Shown here piece by piece: positions 60,591 through 64,000 of a stretch of 64,000 bases of DNA. Position numbers and translations under genes: made by a program. Under the pieces are notes generated by a model that was given only the letters and a program-made list of their open reading frames with translations, had not been told where the DNA came from and did not search any database. The DNA is from Psilocybe cubensis (Eukaryota): NCBI GenBank assembly GCA_017499595.2, contig CM039006.1:1798001-1862000 (forward strand), given 5' to 3'. Every line of letters starts with the position of its first letter. Position 1 is the first letter of the stretch.

Positions 60591-63500
60591 TTCTCATTAT
60601 GGCTTTTTACTCTCTCGAGTCTGGACACCCGTCGGCAGAAGATTATTGGTGTCTTGATATCAGTAGTGCCTGGATGATTGTCATTATTATTTCCATCTAA
60701 GTGTTATCATTGATGCCCTCTTACGTCCAGTGGATGCTTATTTGCACTTCTTTTCCGGTTCATTTTTTTTCTTCACACAAATCTAGACGTCTTCACCTGT
60801 CTTTACCAAGCCTGGATGCACCGAAGCATGTTTTTTGAATTAGCCTTTCCGGTTCTAATTGTCGCCAGGTGGAATTTACGAAGCAGCGATGCCGGTGCAG
60901 TCTCAGCGACAACTTGATTCCTCGGTTGGCAACAATTTCTCACGATATGGGAGCTTGGAGATTTTACTCTCTCATCGGTTTGGAGCTCCGCGATACCGCG
61001 TCAATACCTCAGACGATTCCCCATATCTGTTGTTGCTTCAAGATTGATTCGGTCTGTTCTTTTTTATCGACAAGATCATCACATAAAGCCCTACTATGCC
61101 ACAATCGACTAAAATCTGATGGCCTGCCGAGGTGTAAAGGGTGGTTGAAAAATCCTGGAACACTCGGAAGGGATAATCTTAATCTGCTCCCACCGACTGC
61201 GCATATACATTATGTCCCATCCCAAGCCTTTTGAACATACAGCCAGTTGGCGCTCACTGTCACAGTGCGCACATAGACCTGGCGGTTTCCATTATCACTG
61301 GCCCAACTGGCGTCCACAAACTTATGAGCGAGGAGCGTTGCTGTGCGTCACAAATAGGCCAGACGTCAGTCTGATCCAATCGACATCTGCCAGGCCTACT
61401 TTATCCAAACGACATGTATCTGTCAAATGCCTTCACACCATGATCACACGCTCCTCTAAGGATAGCCCGCCTCGGTCCCAGTTAGGAAGCATCGCTCACA
61501 CCGTTTTCGTGCTACGAACTCACGATGCGAACCGAAGGCAGAATTTAAATACTCTAAACTCGGTTTCCAGGAAAGCCCTTTCCTTGGCCTTATTGTTTAT
61601 ACGTTGGTCCCCCTCCACCGCCTGTCTTTTCTAATTTGCAACGCTAGCGGACAACCATGGCGACGAATGGGACAGTGCCGATGAATCCTAGTGCAGCGCT
61701 ACCCCACAGGAACAGACTGCAGCAGGTGTCTCTGGGTATGGTGTTTTTGGGCGTGATATTGTCATCGATGTGAGTGGACCAGACAACATGGCTTCTCATA
61801 TTCATACTCATAATATATGAAGACTGTACGGTGTGATGATAAGTCAGACACAGAAATACTTCGAGCGATTTAAGAAGGATCAAGCCATTGTGAAAACCTT
61901 GGTACTACTCATTCACTATATTATCGCCCTTTGTCGCCGCGTCGCTGACCCAGAAATGGACGATAGGTGTTCGTTATCCTGTGGGTCTTGGTTTTGCCTC
62001 TCAGTAGAATTTTTGTCAATCATGTTGCTGGGTTGATATAGGATCTTGAACACTGCTTCCGTGATCTTCGCCTGCCATGCCGGATGGTGAGTCACCTCGA
62101 TATTGGCTCGGGGTAGCGTCAAAATAACGTTCCTTCAAAATTCAGGTATTACCTTATTACAAATGGATCACCAAAGCTGTCGATTTGGTAGGTCGACGTA
62201 TTCCAAGGATCGTCCGAGTTTGCATGTTGACGCAATATTAATAGGAGTCTCAACGTTGAATTAGCGCTATCTGTCAGTTGTCATGTCCTCGGCGGGTGTA
62301 ATACATACTCAATGACGTACACAGATGCTTATGTCTGCACTTACCGAAACGTAAGGGAACATATTATTTTGCATGTGATGCCAATGTATTAACGACAAGT
62401 TAGATTCCTTGCTCTCCGTGTATACAAACGTACGGCGGCTATCTTCTCCCTCAAACGCGTTATGGTATTAAATGAACAATTTAGTTAGCGGCAATAATGT
62501 TTGGCTTACAGGAATATTAGTGAGCCATACGTCTGACATGATTCGTTGACATATCAGCGCTGACAGACGCCTTTCTTATGTTCTTGTAGCTTGCGCTAGT
62601 GTTGCTACATTTCGGTAAGTGGCACGGCACATTGTTTTGGAAATCTCGCAATGATTGACTGGTCTCCGTAAATGCAGGTAGTGGCGAAGGTAACAACCTA
62701 AAGCCGAGTCATTTGTTGGACGTGACTAATGGCGATGGAAATACAGTGGCTGCTATTGAGTTGCTACTTTTGAAGAAACATGCTATGGTTACAAGTGTCA
62801 AGGTCAGCGCTGATTTACTGGGTTCCTTTGGTCGACTCTAAAGCGTTTCTGATTCTGGATGAAGGTACCGACGATCCTTCGTTTGAGCAGTGCTGCATTC
62901 TGCGATACGGCAATAGCAGTCTCACTTTCCTATTACTTACACACGAAAAGGACCGGTTTTAAGAGGTTTGGAGTAATCTCTGGCGCCGCATCCATCATCG
63001 GGGCTAACGTCTTTCAATCAATCCATTAGAAGCGATGAAATGATCGATTATCTGATTCTTTTCTCAATAAACTCTGGCCTAATGCTCAGGTAAATGAAAC
63101 ATCTTGAAAGTGTCTTTTGTCGATGTATTCAAGTTGTGTGTGCTCAGCGCGACCTCGCTTGGATCGTTAATTTTGGTGAGAGCGGCTATTATGGTCTTCC
63201 TGAGAAAATTTTGACTTTGTGGCAGTACATCGTCGTTCCCAGTACCTGGGTATACATTGCATTTTGCTTCTTACTCAGCCGGTGTAAGTATTTCTTTCAA
63301 ATTTGTTATTTCGCCATTCACAAAAACTGATTTTCGAAAAGTGTATGCCACCACATTCCTTTCTTCGTAAGCCACAAACATCATCACTTAAATACAATCA
63401 CTTATTGGTACTAATAAACTAGGCTAAACTCTCGACAAATATTATTTAACGACACCTTTGACGAGAAGGATGGTCCTATTCTGAAAATCAAGCCCTCTAC

Positions 63501-63956
63501 CCACATCCGCCATCGCAGTCGACGCTCCAATGTCAATTGGGCGCTCGACCGGCAATCACAAACACCAGATAAAGTGCGTGATATGTGATATTACAAGACA
63601 AACGACTGGGTTCTCATATGCAATAAATTAAACAGACCCCTACTCAGATCTATGTGGTGACGGAAACTATTACAGACAACGTCCCTCAACACTTGAACGC
63701 TGGGTTGGTGCCAGTGAGTAGACCTAACTTTATTCAATACAAGCAAGAAGCGTCGACTGATGCGTGATTCCTTCATGATTAGATTAGTAGGAGTCCGATA
63801 GACGTATCTGTGAAAGAACTACCGGAAACTTCTTCATCTGCTGGTAGTGACTCTGAGTCTCAGAGTGGCGATTCTTCCGAGTCTATGTAGCAGCATGGGA
63901 TTTATCATTTGCCAATATATACCCGTGATGCCTGACTGTGCGGTCAAGTTGAGTTC
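60591..63956 (+). repeat. Diverged tandem segmental duplication, copy B
   Basis: Collinear with 53643-56960 in both exons and upstream non-coding sequence. Confidence 0.85.
61657..63890 (+). CDS. DUF6534-family multi-pass membrane protein, copy B (paralogue of 54702-56883), 20 exons
   Basis: Same intron positions and phases as copy A and an open spliced frame. Contains CDTAIAVSLSYYLHTKRTGFKRSDEMIDYLILFSINSG. Confidence 0.85.
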
Positions 63957-64000
63957 GTGGCTGCGATCTATTTATTTCTAGTCGATTTTCCTTGCCCAAT

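Overview
Intron-rich eukaryotic genomic DNA from a basidiomycete fungus. The short ~50-70 nt GT-AG introns, frequent microexons and DUF6534 genes point to an Agaricomycete; the species cannot be determined from the sequence. I reconstructed 17 spliced protein-coding genes by hand: epoxide hydrolase, M1 aminopeptidase, an unknown coiled-coil protein, ribosomal protein eL42, a GNAT-like protein, LYS2, an MDR/D-arabinitol dehydrogenase, ENP2/NOL10, ERV29/SURF4, MutY, DNAJC11, a Gti1/Pac2 transcription factor, RMD1, SEC5, SCS7, an ACSF2-like acyl-CoA synthetase, and a DUF6534 membrane-protein gene present as a tandem pair (18 loci counting both copies). Non-coding elements are a 543-bp MITE with perfect 61-bp TIRs, an interrupted tRNA-Asp-derived Pol III unit and a possible decayed non-autonomous Helitron. 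The most unusual observations are: (1) an obligatory AT-AC intron with a U2-type donor in the acyl-CoA synthetase gene, which also has a GC-AG intron; (2) the tRNA-Asp-like unit with a 51-nt insertion in its T-stem; (3) a 4-nt microexon needed to keep the aminopeptidase in frame; (4) a recurrent TCACATGA/TCACGTGA promoter motif that the MITE also carries. All product calls come from motif recognition, not database searches, and exon boundaries are manual inferences.
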